The notes: generated by a model from the sequence alone, not told the origin. A stretch of 64,000 nucleotides of DNA from Patescibacteria group bacterium (GCA_023473585.1 JAMCYU010000004.1:66033-130032), one strand, 5' to 3'; counted from the first letter of the stretch, positions 41,944 through 52,690 are shown. Numbers and translations: made by a program.

Positions 41944-43458
41944 ATGACAAATTTAACACCAGCAGCGCAGGAATTGATTGCCGCTGTTTCGAAAAATTAT
42001 CAAGAAAAACAATCTTGGGAAAGAGAAGCCAAGATTCATAGTCAGGAAACAATTTCTTTTTTTGCTTTTCTTTATGAGAAGCTAAGAAATTTTGTGGACT
42101 ATCAGGAAGAACATCTTTTGCGCCGTCGTGCCATTACCAGAGCCTTAAGCCGGCGCCTCATCTTTCCTCAGCCAAGCGAAGAAACGGCCAGAGCTTTAAT
42201 TTTAGAGCTTATCAGGGCCCGCTATTTTCCCAATAATAAAATTCCTGAAAATAAAATCTTGGCAGTTTCTCAAATCATTGATAAGTTTTCCGGTCTTATT
42301 AAGGTCCTTCCTGAAATAAAAGAACTCTTAATCGGTTTTGCGGCGAGAGAAATTGAGGAAATTTTAACGCTCGATCATGAAACCGCCCTGCTTTTATTTG
42401 CCCAGAAGGTCTTTAAAGAAAGACTTTTGGTTAAAGACGACGCGATTCTTTTTATTGCCCTGGAGGAGGCTCTATCCCGCGCTGATGAAACGACAATCCG
42501 CTACCATTTAATCAAGTTCTCTTTGCCCAACTGGGATAACGCCGAACGCCTTGAAAAAATTAATCAGGAAATCACTCATAGACTCGCTTCCCCGGATAAA
42601 GAACCTCTGGCAAGACGCGTCAGAAAAGAAATCGCTCCCTATGTTATTTTGCGTGACTTAATCAATCAAAATGAGGCTGATTTAACCAGTATTTTTGCCA
42701 ATCCTGATCTTTTGGATAAAGTTGTCACTCAAGTGGCCTCAAACCGCTACCGTCAAGCCGCCACTAATTTACGGACGGCCGCCATTCAGAGTTTTATTTA
42801 TATCTTTTTAACGAAAATGGTTTTTGCTTTTATTATCGAGGTTCCTTATGATCTTTATATTTTACGCCGGTTTAATTTATTGCCTTTGGTTGTCAATTTG
42901 CTTTTCCCGCCGGCTTTTATGGTGATGACGACCCAAACCGTGACGATCCCTGGTTTTGGCAATACCCAAAAAATCATGAGAGAACTTAAATCGGCGATTT
43001 ATTTTCAACCGGGATTAACCATACCCAGGATTAATCTTGATCTTTTAAGCCGGGTCAGACCCTTTTTAGATCTGACTTTCAGGCTTTTTTATCTCTTAAC
43101 GTTTGTCCTGGTTTTCGGTTCCGTCGTTTATATCTTAAAGAAACTTGAATTTAGTTTAGCCTCGATGGCCGTTTTCTTCTTTTTTGTTTCCACCGTTGCC
43201 TTTTTTGCTTTTAGAATTCGCCGCAACTTCGGTGATTTAACGATTGCCGAAGAAAAAGAAGGACTTTTGAGCGGACTTTTCAATTTTATCTCTTATCCTT
43301 TTATACGACTGGGTCTGGTCTTTTCCAAAGCTCTCTCCCGGTTTAACATTTTTATCTTAATTTTGGATCTTTTAATTGAAACACCTTTAAAAATGGTTTT
43401 TGAATTAATTGAGGAATGGTTTGCTTTTATTAGAAGAAAACAAGAGGAGATTCTTTAA
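41944..43458 (+). CDS. hypothetical membrane protein (N-terminal soluble domain, C-terminal multi-TM)
   Basis: ~505 aa, no recognisable motif. Confidence 0.4.
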   Translation: MTNLTPAAQELIAAVSKNYQEKQSWEREAKIHSQETISFFAFLYEKLRNFVDYQEEHLLRRRAITRALSRRLIFPQPSEETARALILELIRARYFPNNKIPENKILAVSQIIDKFSGLIKVLPEIKELLIGFAAREIEEILTLDHETALLLFAQKVFKERLLVKDDAILFIALEEALSRADETTIRYHLIKFSLPNWDNAERLEKINQEITHRLASPDKEPLARRVRKEIAPYVILRDLINQNEADLTSIFANPDLLDKVVTQVASNRYRQAATNLRTAAIQSFIYIFLTKMVFAFIIEVPYDLYILRRFNLLPLVVNLLFPPAFMVMTTQTVTIPGFGNTQKIMRELKSAIYFQPGLTIPRINLDLLSRVRPFLDLTFRLFYLLTFVLVFGSVVYILKKLEFSLASMAVFFFFVSTVAFFAFRIRRNFGDLTIAEEKEGLLSGLFNFISYPFIRLGLVFSKALSRFNIFILILDLLIETPLKMVFELIEEWFAFIRRKQEEIL

Positions 43459-43462
43459 AGAA

Positions 43463-44512
43463 ATGAAAAAATTTATTCTTTTTATTTTTATTATTTTTGT
43501 CGCTTCAATTATCTTTATTGCCAGATTAACTCGACAGGGAACTTCTGCTCTTAAAACGGAAAAAGTGCAAAGGGGAACAATTACGAAAAGCGTGTCTGCT
43601 TCCGGAGAAATAACCTCGGAAGAAATTGCCGAATTGAAATTTCAAACCTCAGGGCAACTTGCCTGGGTTGGGGTTAAAGAAGGTGAACAAGTCCAGGCTT
43701 AGCAAGCCCTTGCCCAACTTGACACCAGAGAACTTCAGAAAACTTTAGAAAAATACTTAAGGGATTATGCCAAACAAAGAAACGATTTCGAGGAGATGAA
43801 TCGGGAAACCTATCGCGGACAAACACCCTCAACCGCTCTCACTAATACCGTGAGGCGAATTTTAGAAAAAAACCAGTGGGACATGGATAAAGCGGTTTTG
43901 GATGTTGAATTAAAGGATATCGCCTTAAAATATGCCACTTTGGTAACGCCCATCTCGGGCATCGTCACGCAAGTGGAAACACCTCTCGCGGGAATAAATA
44001 TTACCCCGTCAACGGCCGTTTTTAAAGTCTCTAATCCCGAAAAAATGATTTTTAAGGCTAATCTCGACGAGACCGATATTGCCGGCGTTGTCCCCGGTCT
44101 TAAAGCCCAAGTGACACTCGATGCCTATCCTGAAGAAAAATTTGCCGGAGAAATAACTAAAATTGCTTTCCAGGCAATCACAACTTCGGGCGGCGGAACG
44201 GCTTTTCCCACCGAAATAACTTTGCCGCAAAATGAGAATTTTAAATTTAAATTAGGGATGAACGGTGATGCCGAAATTATCTTGCAAACAAAAGATGATG
44301 TCCTTAAGGTCTCTTCGGAAGTTTTAATGAAAAGTGACGATAAAAATTACGTTTGGTTAGTTGTCGGTAAAAAAGCCAAAAAACAGGAAGTTCAAACCGG
44401 CATCGAGGGAGAAGAAGCCGTCGAAATTACCAGTGGCTTAAAAGAGAATGATATTGTTATTAAGTCGGGAACCTCCAAAATCAAAGAAGGTCAAAAAATT
44501 GACAGCCAATGA
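43463..44512 (+). pseudogene. HlyD/MacA-family periplasmic adaptor subunit interrupted by an in-frame TAG at 43700-43702
   Basis: ORFs 43409..43702 and 43796..44512 share a frame. Sequence ...VGVKEGEQVQA*QALAQLDTRELQ spans the stop and fits the adaptor pattern V.EG..V..G..LA.LD. N-terminal TM anchor; beta-barrel/MP domains downstream. Confidence 0.55.
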
Positions 44513-45186
44513 CAGATGACAAACTTCTCCTGCGGATTCAAAATGTAAGCAAGATCTTTCGATTAGACGGTCTTGAGGTTAAAGATCTTAATAATGTTTC
44601 CTTAGAAATAAAAAAAGGTGAATTTGTTTCGATTATGGGGCCCTCCGGTTGCGGTAAGTCAACTTTAATGTATTTACTGGGCTGTCTTGATAAACCAACC
44701 TCCGGAAAAATAATTCTTGAGGACAAAGACTTTTCTTCACTCTCGGAAATCGAACTGGCTAAAATCAGAAATCAAAAAATCGGTTTTGTTTTTCAAATGT
44801 TTAATCTTTTACCCAGAACTTCAGCCTTAACTAATGTTGAGTTGCCTCTTGTTTATTCTAATTTAAATTCCGAAACCAGGCATCAAAAAGCTAAAGAAGC
44901 GTTAGAAAGAGTTGGTCTGGGAAATAGAATCTCGCATTTCCCAAATCAGCTCTCCGGAGGACAGCAGCAAAGAATTGCGATTGCCAGGGCCTTAATTAAT
45001 CATCCCTCTTTAATTTTAGCTGATGAACCGACAGGGAATATCGATTCTAAAGCCGGTAAGGAAATTATGGATTTATTGAAAAATCTTAACAAACAAGGCA
45101 ATACCATTATTTTGGTTACTCATGATATCGAAATCGCTAATTATGCCCAAAGAATAATCTCAATGCGCGATGGACGAATTGTTTGA
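44509..45186 (+). CDS. ABC transporter ATP-binding protein (MacB/LolD-like)
   Basis: Walker A GPSGCGKST, signature LSGGQQQRIAIARAL, Walker B ILADEPTGNID. Confidence 0.85.
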   Translation: MTDDKLLLRIQNVSKIFRLDGLEVKDLNNVSLEIKKGEFVSIMGPSGCGKSTLMYLLGCLDKPTSGKIILEDKDFSSLSEIELAKIRNQKIGFVFQMFNLLPRTSALTNVELPLVYSNLNSETRHQKAKEALERVGLGNRISHFPNQLSGGQQQRIAIARALINHPSLILADEPTGNIDSKAGKEIMDLLKNLNKQGNTIILVTHDIEIANYAQRIISMRDGRIV

Positions 45187-46378
45187 AATTATTAAAATAG
45201 CTTTTACCGCTTTAAGAGCCAATAAAATGCGCTCTCTTTTAACGATGCTGGGCGTTATTATTGGGGTTTCTTCAGTCATCCTTCTGGTTTCTATCGGCAG
45301 CGGCTTACAGGGCTATATTACGAAACAACTTGAGGATTTGGGGGCAAAAAACATTATGCTGATGCCGGGAAATATCGGCTTAGGACAAGGCGGCAGCGGC
45401 GGAGGGGTTCCCGGAGCCGGCATGATGGCTTCAAAATTTGACATGGAACAGGTAAAGGCTTTGGAAAAAGCCGATCTGGTCAGTCTCGTTATGCCCTACA
45501 CGGAAAACAACAGCACTTTGCGTTTTGGCAAAAATTCCCATATTACGCAAATCGCCGGCGTCAGCGTCGATTATCCGGAAATTAGAAACCAGAAAATTGC
45601 CGCCGGGCGCTTTTTTAATCACAATGAACAAAATTCGGCTAAAAAAGTCGTGGTTTTGGGAAAAACCGTGGCGGAAAAATTATTTGCGGAAGAAAACCCC
45701 GTCAATAAAAAAATTACGATTGGGGATGGCCGTTATACTGTCTTGGGGATCTTGGAAGAAAAGGGAGGAATGAGCGGTGTTGATATGGACGATCAGGCGT
45801 TTATTCCCGCCACGACCGCCCTTCGCGAATTCGACATGGAGCATTTTATCGCCATCTGGGTTCAGGCAAAATCACAAGAAAATATGGAAGAAACGAAAAC
45901 CCAAGTTAAAAAAATTATGCTGAAGTTTCTTAAAGATGATGAGTTTTCCGTTTTAGACACGAAAAGTCTTTTAAATACGATTGCCACGATTCTTAGTGCC
46001 TTAACTTTAGCTTTAGGTGGAATTGCCGCTATTTCTCTTTTAGTCGGCGGCATTGGCATCGCCAACATCATGCTTGTTTCCGTAACCGAAAGAACCAGAG
46101 AAGTTGGTTTAAGAAAAGCCGTCGGCGCCACGCCACGATTAATTTTATTACAATTCTTAATTGAGGCCATGATTCTTTCCATAACGGGCGGTCTTATCGG
46201 CATTATTATTGGGGGAGGGGGCAGCTTTCTTTTAAGTAAATTTATCCCCAGCGCCGTCACTTTTTGGTCTATTTTAATCGCTTTTGTCGTTTCCGCCTTA
46301 GTCGGTATTGTTTTTGGCTTAGCGCCGGCCATGCGAGCGTCTCGGCTGACACCAGTTGACGCTTTAAGATACGAGTGA
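45170..46378 (+). CDS. ABC transporter permease (MacB/FtsX-like)
   Basis: 402 aa. N-terminal TM, large periplasmic domain, C-terminal FtsX-like 3-TM bundle. Confidence 0.8.
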   Translation: MDELFEIIKIAFTALRANKMRSLLTMLGVIIGVSSVILLVSIGSGLQGYITKQLEDLGAKNIMLMPGNIGLGQGGSGGGVPGAGMMASKFDMEQVKALEKADLVSLVMPYTENNSTLRFGKNSHITQIAGVSVDYPEIRNQKIAAGRFFNHNEQNSAKKVVVLGKTVAEKLFAEENPVNKKITIGDGRYTVLGILEEKGGMSGVDMDDQAFIPATTALREFDMEHFIAIWVQAKSQENMEETKTQVKKIMLKFLKDDEFSVLDTKSLLNTIATILSALTLALGGIAAISLLVGGIGIANIMLVSVTERTREVGLRKAVGATPRLILLQFLIEAMILSITGGLIGIIIGGGGSFLLSKFIPSAVTFWSILIAFVVSALVGIVFGLAPAMRASRLTPVDALRYE

Positions 46379-46392
46379 TAGACTAAAAATTA

Positions 46393-47175
46393 ATGAGAAA
46401 AGTTCTGCCCGTTTTCGTCTTGGTTTTCCTTCTCTTTTTCCCTTTTGTGACTTCTTCGGTTTTTGCTGATTTTGATAAAACCTACCAGACTTATATTTCT
46501 CAATATGACGAGTACCGGATAAGTTTGACTAATTTTTTAACGAGCAAAAATCGTTATCTCACGTACAAAACCTTGACGGCTCAAACCGAAGCTCTAACGG
46601 CCACCAAGGTTTTTCTTGAGGACCGCGACCAAACCCTAATTAATTTCATGACCATGATTTTGGAGAAAAATCCTTCGGAAAGTTTTAAAAAATTAATAAG
46701 TGATGAAATTGTCTTTTTTTCAGATCATAAAAAATTAGTTACCGCCGTCGCTTCTTTGGAAGACAGCGTTCAGGTTTCCGAAACTTTTACTAACCGTTTT
46801 CCCACCACTGAAGTTTTATTAAGGCAAACAATCGCCAATGTCTTGCTTTCTAAAGTAAAAAGTTTCGACGAACAAATCGTCGATCTTATGGCGCGCTTTG
46901 AAGAAAAAATTAATTTTCTTAAAAGTCAGGGAAAAGACGTTTCCACCCTGGAACGCTGGCTTTTAGAAACAAAAAACAAACAATTATTAGCTCACGAAAA
47001 ACTAACCACAGCTCAATTGATGGCTGATCAATTTCAAACAAATAATAACCCCGCGAAGATCTCTGAAGATTTCAGAAAGGTTCAGGTTTTGATTTTTGAA
47101 GCCAATCAATATCTTAAGGAATCAACGGCTTATCTTCGGGAAATAAAGGAAGAACTCAAATATGGAAATTATTGA
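46393..47175 (+). CDS. hypothetical secreted protein
   Basis: Signal peptide MRKVLPVFVLVFLLFFPFVTSSVFA. Confidence 0.4.
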   Translation: MRKVLPVFVLVFLLFFPFVTSSVFADFDKTYQTYISQYDEYRISLTNFLTSKNRYLTYKTLTAQTEALTATKVFLEDRDQTLINFMTMILEKNPSESFKKLISDEIVFFSDHKKLVTAVASLEDSVQVSETFTNRFPTTEVLLRQTIANVLLSKVKSFDEQIVDLMARFEEKINFLKSQGKDVSTLERWLLETKNKQLLAHEKLTTAQLMADQFQTNNNPAKISEDFRKVQVLIFEANQYLKESTAYLREIKEELKYGNY

Positions 47176-47536
47176 AAATAACATTCCTGGTCCGGAGGTA
47201 AATAATTCAGAAAAAATAAGATTAGATTTACATCCCGATCGGAAAAAAATCTTTATATTTTTAGGCTTAATTATCCTTATCGGCCTAATCGCCATCGGCA
47301 GCATCGCTCTTTTTTTTGTGAAAAAACCCGCGACGGAAATTTCTTCTTCGCCTAATCCTTCCGTTGAGGCAACACCAAGTGCTAAAAGAAATCTCTCGGC
47401 GATTGCGACCGACGCGGCTTTTTTAAAACTTGAGGAAGATCTTAATAATTTGGAAAAAAATATTGGCACCGTTGATCTGACGGAACCAAAACTGACGCTG
47501 CCGATTTTGGAAATGAAAATTAGTTTCGAAAAATAA
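47162..47536 (+). CDS. hypothetical single-pass membrane protein
   Basis: 124 aa with central TM IFIFLGLIILIGLIAIGSIALFFV. Confidence 0.35.
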   Translation: MEIIENNIPGPEVNNSEKIRLDLHPDRKKIFIFLGLIILIGLIAIGSIALFFVKKPATEISSSPNPSVEATPSAKRNLSAIATDAAFLKLEEDLNNLEKNIGTVDLTEPKLTLPILEMKISFEK

Positions 47537-47619
47537 CATTCACCCTTAAGGCTAAATGTTTTCTTTGTTTCAACTCATCCCCGCCAGAGGCGGGGTATTC
47601 TTGAAACGCCAAATAAAAA
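47527..47619 (+). ncRNA. candidate structured RNA element (paralog of 32528-32610)
   Basis: UUCGAAAAAUAACAUUCACCCUUAAGG..GUUUUCUUUG-GUUUCAA-CUCAUCC-[CCCCGCC-AGA-GGCGGGG]-UAUUC-UUGAAAC-GCCAAAUAAAAAG. Lies immediately upstream of the rarA -10. Confidence 0.35.
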
Positions 47620-47641
47620 GAGAAGTGTTATACTTGTCTCC

Positions 47642-48793
47642 ATGTTAACGCCGTTAGCAGACAGGCTACGACCTAAAACTTTAGCTGACTTTGTCGGACA
47701 AGAACATTTAATTGGTCCACATGGCCTTCTTCGAAAAATGATTGATAGCGACCAGTTGGTTTCGATGATTTTTTGGGGACCTCCGGGTTCTGGTAAAACT
47801 ACTTTAGCGCAAATTATCGCTAATGCGACAAAAAATCATTTTGTTATGTTCTCGGCCGTCACTAATAATTTGGCGGATCTAAGAAAGATTGTCGAAGAAA
47901 CGAAAGAGAGATTAGACCAAAACCTACAAAAAACGGTTCTTTTTGTTGATGAAATTCATCGTTTTTCCAAGGCCCAACAGGATGCTTTTTTGCCGATTGT
48001 CGAAAAAGGAACGATTATTTTAATCGGCGCAACCACGGAGAATCCTTCTTTTGAAGTGATCGGCCCGCTTTTATCAAGATGTAAGGTTTTGTTATTAAAT
48101 CAGTTAAACAACCAAGATTTGAGTATTATTTGTGAACGAGGACTAAAAGAACTCAAAATTAGCCTCAAAGACGATGCTAAAAACTTTTTGATCGAATTTG
48201 CCAATGGCGACGCCAGGGTTGTTCTTAATACCCTGGAAATTGCTAAAATCATTTCCCGTCAAAAAAAGATTAATTTATTAACCGTTCAGGAAGCATTACA
48301 GTCAAAACTTCTTTATGATCGTTTGGGAGAGGAACATTACAACACGATCAGTGCTTTTATTAAAAGCATGAGAGCCGGTAATGTTGATGCCAGCCTTTAT
48401 TATCTGGCCAGAATGGTCGAGGCCGGTGAGGACCCGCTGTTTATTGCCCGAAGAATGGTAGTTTTTGCCTCCGAAGATGTGGCTTCTCCTACGGCCTTAG
48501 TTGTCGCCAATGCCGTCTTTGCGGCCTGTCAGCAAATTGGCTATCCGGAATGTCAGGAGAATCTGGCGGCCGGAACCGTTTATCTTGCCAAAGCTTCCAA
48601 AGACCGTTCCTCTTATAACGCTTACATGCAAGCTTTAAGTGATGTCAAAAGATACGGTAATCTTCCCATTCCTCTTAATCTTAGAAATGCCCCAACCAAG
48701 CTCATGAAGGAAATTGGGTATGGTAAGGGTTATGAACAATACACCAAAGAAGATTTATTTCCCGAGAAATTAAGGGGTAGGAAATACTTTTAA
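47642..48793 (+). CDS. rarA: replication-associated recombination protein A (AAA+ ATPase)
   Basis: Walker [16 protein letters not shown], conserved RarA/MgsA C-terminal region. Confidence 0.85.
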   Translation: MLTPLADRLRPKTLADFVGQEHLIGPHGLLRKMIDSDQLVSMIFWGPPGSGKTTLAQIIANATKNHFVMFSAVTNNLADLRKIVEETKERLDQNLQKTVLFVDEIHRFSKAQQDAFLPIVEKGTIILIGATTENPSFEVIGPLLSRCKVLLLNQLNNQDLSIICERGLKELKISLKDDAKNFLIEFANGDARVVLNTLEIAKIISRQKKINLLTVQEALQSKLLYDRLGEEHYNTISAFIKSMRAGNVDASLYYLARMVEAGEDPLFIARRMVVFASEDVASPTALVVANAVFAACQQIGYPECQENLAAGTVYLAKASKDRSSYNAYMQALSDVKRYGNLPIPLNLRNAPTKLMKEIGYGKGYEQYTKEDLFPEKLRGRKYF

Positions 48794-48813
48794 AAAATGT
48801 TATAATTCCCCCC

Positions 48814-49689
48814 ATGACTATTGCCGTCAATAAGTTAGCCAACGGGACTATTGAATTAACGATCACCATTCCCTGGTCGGAGATTAAATCTGCCTATGAT
48901 TTGGTCGTTGATGATCTGATTAAAGAGACTGAATTACCGGGCTTTCGAAAAGGAAAAGCCCCGCGAAACCTCGTGGAAGAAAAAATGGACAAGAGCAAAG
49001 TTTATGAGGAAGTTTTGAAAAAAATCGTGCCGCAATATTACGCGACGGCCATTAAACAAGAAAATCTTGCCCCCATTGTTTCCCCGCAAATAGAAATAAT
49101 CGCCGCCAAAGAAAAAACCGACTGGCAATTTCGGGCCAAAACCTGTGAAAAACCAGAAGTTAAGTTGGGAAATTATCAGGAAGCGATCGCTTCTCTTAAA
49201 AAAGAAAAACAAACGAAAATCTGGGTCTCGGGCAAAGAAGAAAAACCGGAGAAACCCGCCGCTTTGACTCTCGATGAAATCGTTAAGGCCCTGCTTTCGG
49301 TTTGTCAGGTTCAAGTACCCGACCTTTTGATCGAAGACGAAGTCAATCGCATGCTTTCAAGACTGGTTGATCAAACGCAAAAACTTGGCCTAACCATTGA
49401 ACAATACTTGGTTTCGCAAAATAAAACCTCGGAGAGTCTTCGCGAAGAATATAAATTTCAAGCGCAACAGACTTTAGCTCTAGAGTTTATTTTGGAAGCG
49501 ATTGCCGATCAGGAAAAAGTTGAAGTCAACGATGCGGAAATTGAAAAAATTATTCAGGAAGTTAAAGACCCGAGAGAACAGGCCGCCTTAAAATCACAAA
49601 AATATTATTTAGCCACAATTTTGCGTCGACAAAAAACGCTGGAGAAATTAAGCGGCTCCCTTGACACTGCCTCTAAACCCATAGTATAA
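48814..49689 (+). CDS. tig: trigger factor (short form, no recognisable PPIase domain)
   Basis: Ribosome-binding signature GFRKGKAP near the N-terminus; 291 aa. Confidence 0.65.
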   Translation: MTIAVNKLANGTIELTITIPWSEIKSAYDLVVDDLIKETELPGFRKGKAPRNLVEEKMDKSKVYEEVLKKIVPQYYATAIKQENLAPIVSPQIEIIAAKEKTDWQFRAKTCEKPEVKLGNYQEAIASLKKEKQTKIWVSGKEEKPEKPAALTLDEIVKALLSVCQVQVPDLLIEDEVNRMLSRLVDQTQKLGLTIEQYLVSQNKTSESLREEYKFQAQQTLALEFILEAIADQEKVEVNDAEIEKIIQEVKDPREQAALKSQKYYLATILRRQKTLEKLSGSLDTASKPIV

Positions 49690-49700
49690 TACGGCCGTTT

Positions 49701-50288
49701 ATGGCTACGCCAAAGAAAAAACAGACCATCGGCAATAAAGATTCTGCTCTTGAGCAATTGCGTGATTTGGGTACGGATGTCGTCAAAAGTGCGCAAAGTG
49801 ACCTCGTGGCCGGCGTGGCCGGTGGTATTCTCAACGATTTGTTTGCCCCAAAAAGTCAAGACTTAAAACCGAATCAGGAAGTTTTTGTCTCTTCAGAAAC
49901 AACTTTGCGACCAAGACAACCGGAGGGACAAAGACCGGAGTTTGTTTTATTTACCGCCCAAGAAGCTAATTTGGCCCATGAAGTTGAGGCCGTCAGAACC
50001 GAACTGAAAAGAACCGTTGAGGAATTAAAGGCATTAAATACGGCCGTCATTGAAGTTGAGAAGGCTGTAGCTTTAACTCCTGTTAAAGCCGGCAAATATC
50101 ATCTGTCCTTTTTCGGAAAGCTCCAAGCCATTTTAAGACTTTTCCGTCAGCAGGTTTCCGAATCCCGAGTTTGGTTGGAAGAGACCTTTGCGAAAAAAAG
50201 AAAGAAACAATATTGGTCCATGTTTAAAAAACACGGCACGACTTTCGGTTTATCTTCAGAAAGAGCTCTGGCCAGTCAAGCTGGTTAA
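49701..50288 (+). CDS. hypothetical protein
   Basis: 195 aa, higher GC than neighbours, no recognisable motifs. Confidence 0.3.
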   Translation: MATPKKKQTIGNKDSALEQLRDLGTDVVKSAQSDLVAGVAGGILNDLFAPKSQDLKPNQEVFVSSETTLRPRQPEGQRPEFVLFTAQEANLAHEVEAVRTELKRTVEELKALNTAVIEVEKAVALTPVKAGKYHLSFFGKLQAILRLFRQQVSESRVWLEETFAKKRKKQYWSMFKKHGTTFGLSSERALASQAG

Positions 50289-50334
50289 CTCTCCTTGAAT
50301 AAATCTTTCTTTTCGGATAAAATTGTCTTATTAA

Positions 50335-50408
50335 GGGCGCATAGCTCAGTTGGCTAGAGCGTTGCATTGACATTGCAGAGGTCTCAGGTTCGAGTCCTGA
50401 TGCGCCCA
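50335..50408 (+). tRNA. tRNA-Val (GAC)
   Basis: Acceptor GGGCGCA/UGCGCCC, anticodon loop UUGACAU, T-loop UUCGAGU. Confidence 0.8.
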
Positions 50409-50411
50409 CTC

Positions 50412-52163
50412 ATGGATAATGATGATTTGAAAAAAATAAGACATTCCTGCGAGCACGTCTTAACTCAGGCCATGCTCAAACTTTACCCAAAGATTAAGAT
50501 GGCTATGGGGCCGGCGACGGAAAACGGTTTTTATTTTGATTTTGACAGTCAAAAGATAAAAATTAACGAAGACGATTTAACGAGAATTGAAGAAGAGATG
50601 AGAAAAATCGCCAAAGCCGATCTTCCCATCAGACAGGAAAAAGTCACAGTTACCAAAGCCAGACAACTTTTTAAGGGAAATCCTTACAAACAAGAATGGC
50701 TTGATGAAATTGATAAAAGAAACGAAGAAGTCAGTCTTTACTGGACAGGTCAAGAATTTGTTGATCTTTGTTCGGGTCCTCATGTGTCTTCAACCGGAAA
50801 GATCGGTTATTTTAAACTCCTCTCCGTAGCCGGAGCTTATTGGCGCGGCGACGAAAAAAACAAAATGCTGACCCGTATTTATGGCACCAGTTTCGCAACT
50901 AAGGAGGAACTCGATTGTTATCTTTGGCAAATTGAAGAGGCGAAAAAAAGAGATCATCGCAAATTGGGCAAAGAATTGGGTTTGTTTATTCTCACCGACG
51001 AAGTTGGTCCGGGACTGATTATTTGGACGCCTAAAGGAGCCACTTTAAGAAGGGAAGTTGAAAATTTCATTATTGAAGAACAAACCAAAAGAGGTTATCA
51101 GCATGTCTATACACCGCATATCGGTAAAAAATCCTTATGGGTTACCTCGGGCCATTGGGATTTGTATCGAGACAAGATGTATGCCCCTATGAAAATTGAC
51201 AACGAAGATTATTTAGTGAAACCCATGAATTGTCCGATGCACATGATGGTTTATAAAAGCCAACTGCGAAGTTATAAAGACCTACCCGTGCGCCTTGCCG
51301 AAAATGCCACGGTTTATCGTTACGAACAAACCGGAGAACTTTCCGGCATGGTCAGAGTTCGCTATATCACTCAGGACGATGCCCATCTTTTTTGCCGGGA
51401 AGATCAGGTTATTCAAGAGTTCGTCGGTGTCGTTGATTACATTATGTTTCTTTTGAAAACATTTCAAATTAATGACTTTTACTTAAGACTCTCTTTAAGA
51501 GATCCCAAAAATAAAGACAAATATCTGGGAAATGACGAGATTTGGCAAGAAGCCGAAACGAAAATCGAAGAGGCGGTTAAAAAAACAGGTTTAACCCCCA
51601 AAAAAGCCGAAGGAGAAGCGGCTTTTTACGGACCAAAACTGGATGTCATGGTTAAAGATTCCTTGGGCCGGGAGTGGCAGTGCGGCACGGTTCAGGTTGA
51701 TTTTATGCTGCCCGAAAGGTTTAATCTTGAGTATGTTGATAGGGATGGTCAGAAGAAAAGACCGGTTTTAATTCATCGGGCCCCCCTGGGAGCCCTAGAG
51801 AGATGGGTTGGCCTTTTGATTGAACACTACGCCGGTAATTTCCCCCTTTGGCTTTCTCCAGTGCAGGTTACCATTATTCCCATTGCCGAAAGACATGCAG
51901 ATTACGCCTCTGAGGTTAAAAAACTTCTTGCCGAACAAAAAATTCGCGTGGAAATTGACGACCGCAACGAAACAATGCAGGCTAAAGTGAGGGAAGCGAC
52001 TTTACAAAAAGTTCCGTATATGGTAATAATAGGGGATAAGGAAGCGAAAAACAAAACGATTGCGGTCCGAACCAGAAAGGGCCAGGACCAAGGAGAGACA
52101 GAATTAAATAAATTTATCTTAAAAATCGCGGAGGAAATAAAATCCAAAAGTATTACCGACTAA
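50412..52163 (+). CDS. thrS: threonine--tRNA ligase (lacking N-terminal TGS domain)
   Basis: Begins at the second (editing) domain ...IRHSCEHVL; class II core; ~584 aa. Confidence 0.85.
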   Translation: MDNDDLKKIRHSCEHVLTQAMLKLYPKIKMAMGPATENGFYFDFDSQKIKINEDDLTRIEEEMRKIAKADLPIRQEKVTVTKARQLFKGNPYKQEWLDEIDKRNEEVSLYWTGQEFVDLCSGPHVSSTGKIGYFKLLSVAGAYWRGDEKNKMLTRIYGTSFATKEELDCYLWQIEEAKKRDHRKLGKELGLFILTDEVGPGLIIWTPKGATLRREVENFIIEEQTKRGYQHVYTPHIGKKSLWVTSGHWDLYRDKMYAPMKIDNEDYLVKPMNCPMHMMVYKSQLRSYKDLPVRLAENATVYRYEQTGELSGMVRVRYITQDDAHLFCREDQVIQEFVGVVDYIMFLLKTFQINDFYLRLSLRDPKNKDKYLGNDEIWQEAETKIEEAVKKTGLTPKKAEGEAAFYGPKLDVMVKDSLGREWQCGTVQVDFMLPERFNLEYVDRDGQKKRPVLIHRAPLGALERWVGLLIEHYAGNFPLWLSPVQVTIIPIAERHADYASEVKKLLAEQKIRVEIDDRNETMQAKVREATLQKVPYMVIIGDKEAKNKTIAVRTRKGQDQGETELNKFILKIAEEIKSKSITD

Positions 52164-52171
52164 ATCAATAT

Positions 52172-52690
52172 ATCTTATCACCGAAGTTACGCGTTTTGGA
52201 CGAAAAGGGTAAGCAAATCGGTGTTTTGACTAAAGACGAAGCCCTACAAAAGGCCAGAGACTTAGAACTTGATTTGGTGGAGTTTGCTCCTAACGCCCAA
52301 CCGCCGGTGGCTAAAATTATTGATTTTAAAAAATTTCGGTACCTGGAAAATAAAAGGGATCAAGAAATAAAGAAAAAAACCCATGAGGTTGAAGTTAAAG
52401 AAATCAGATTAAGACCGTTTATAGGCAACCACGATTTTGAAGTCAGGGTTAAACAAGCCGAAGGGTTTATTAAGGAAGGAAATCGTCTCAAAGTTGTCGT
52501 TAAATTTCAGGGAAGAGAATTCACCAAAAAAGAATTCGGGTTTAATATTATTAAAAAATTTACGGAGGCATTGGCCAAAGTGGCCGAACCTCAAGGGTTA
52601 GTTCATTTTGAGGGACGGGCTTTAATCTCGCACTTTGCACCGGTGAAACAAGCATATGCCAAAAATGAAGACGAAAAAAGTCGTCAGTAA
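52172..52690 (+). CDS. infC: translation initiation factor IF-3
   Basis: LDLVEFAPNAQPPVAKIIDFKKFRYLENK and the C-terminal domain match IF-3. First in-frame canonical start is TTG at 52196, but homology (..LRVLDEKGKQIGV) extends upstream, consistent with a rare AUU/AUC-type start. Confidence 0.75.
   Translation: MLSPKLRVLDEKGKQIGVLTKDEALQKARDLELDLVEFAPNAQPPVAKIIDFKKFRYLENKRDQEIKKKTHEVEVKEIRLRPFIGNHDFEVRVKQAEGFIKEGNRLKVVVKFQGREFTKKEFGFNIIKKFTEALAKVAEPQGLVHFEGRALISHFAPVKQAYAKNEDEKSRQ

Noticed and set aside
50367-50411. thrS ORF start inside tRNA-Val (alternative start at 50367)
   Set aside because: It overlaps the tRNA gene. ATG at 50412 immediately after the tRNA gives an N-terminus matching the ThrRS editing domain.
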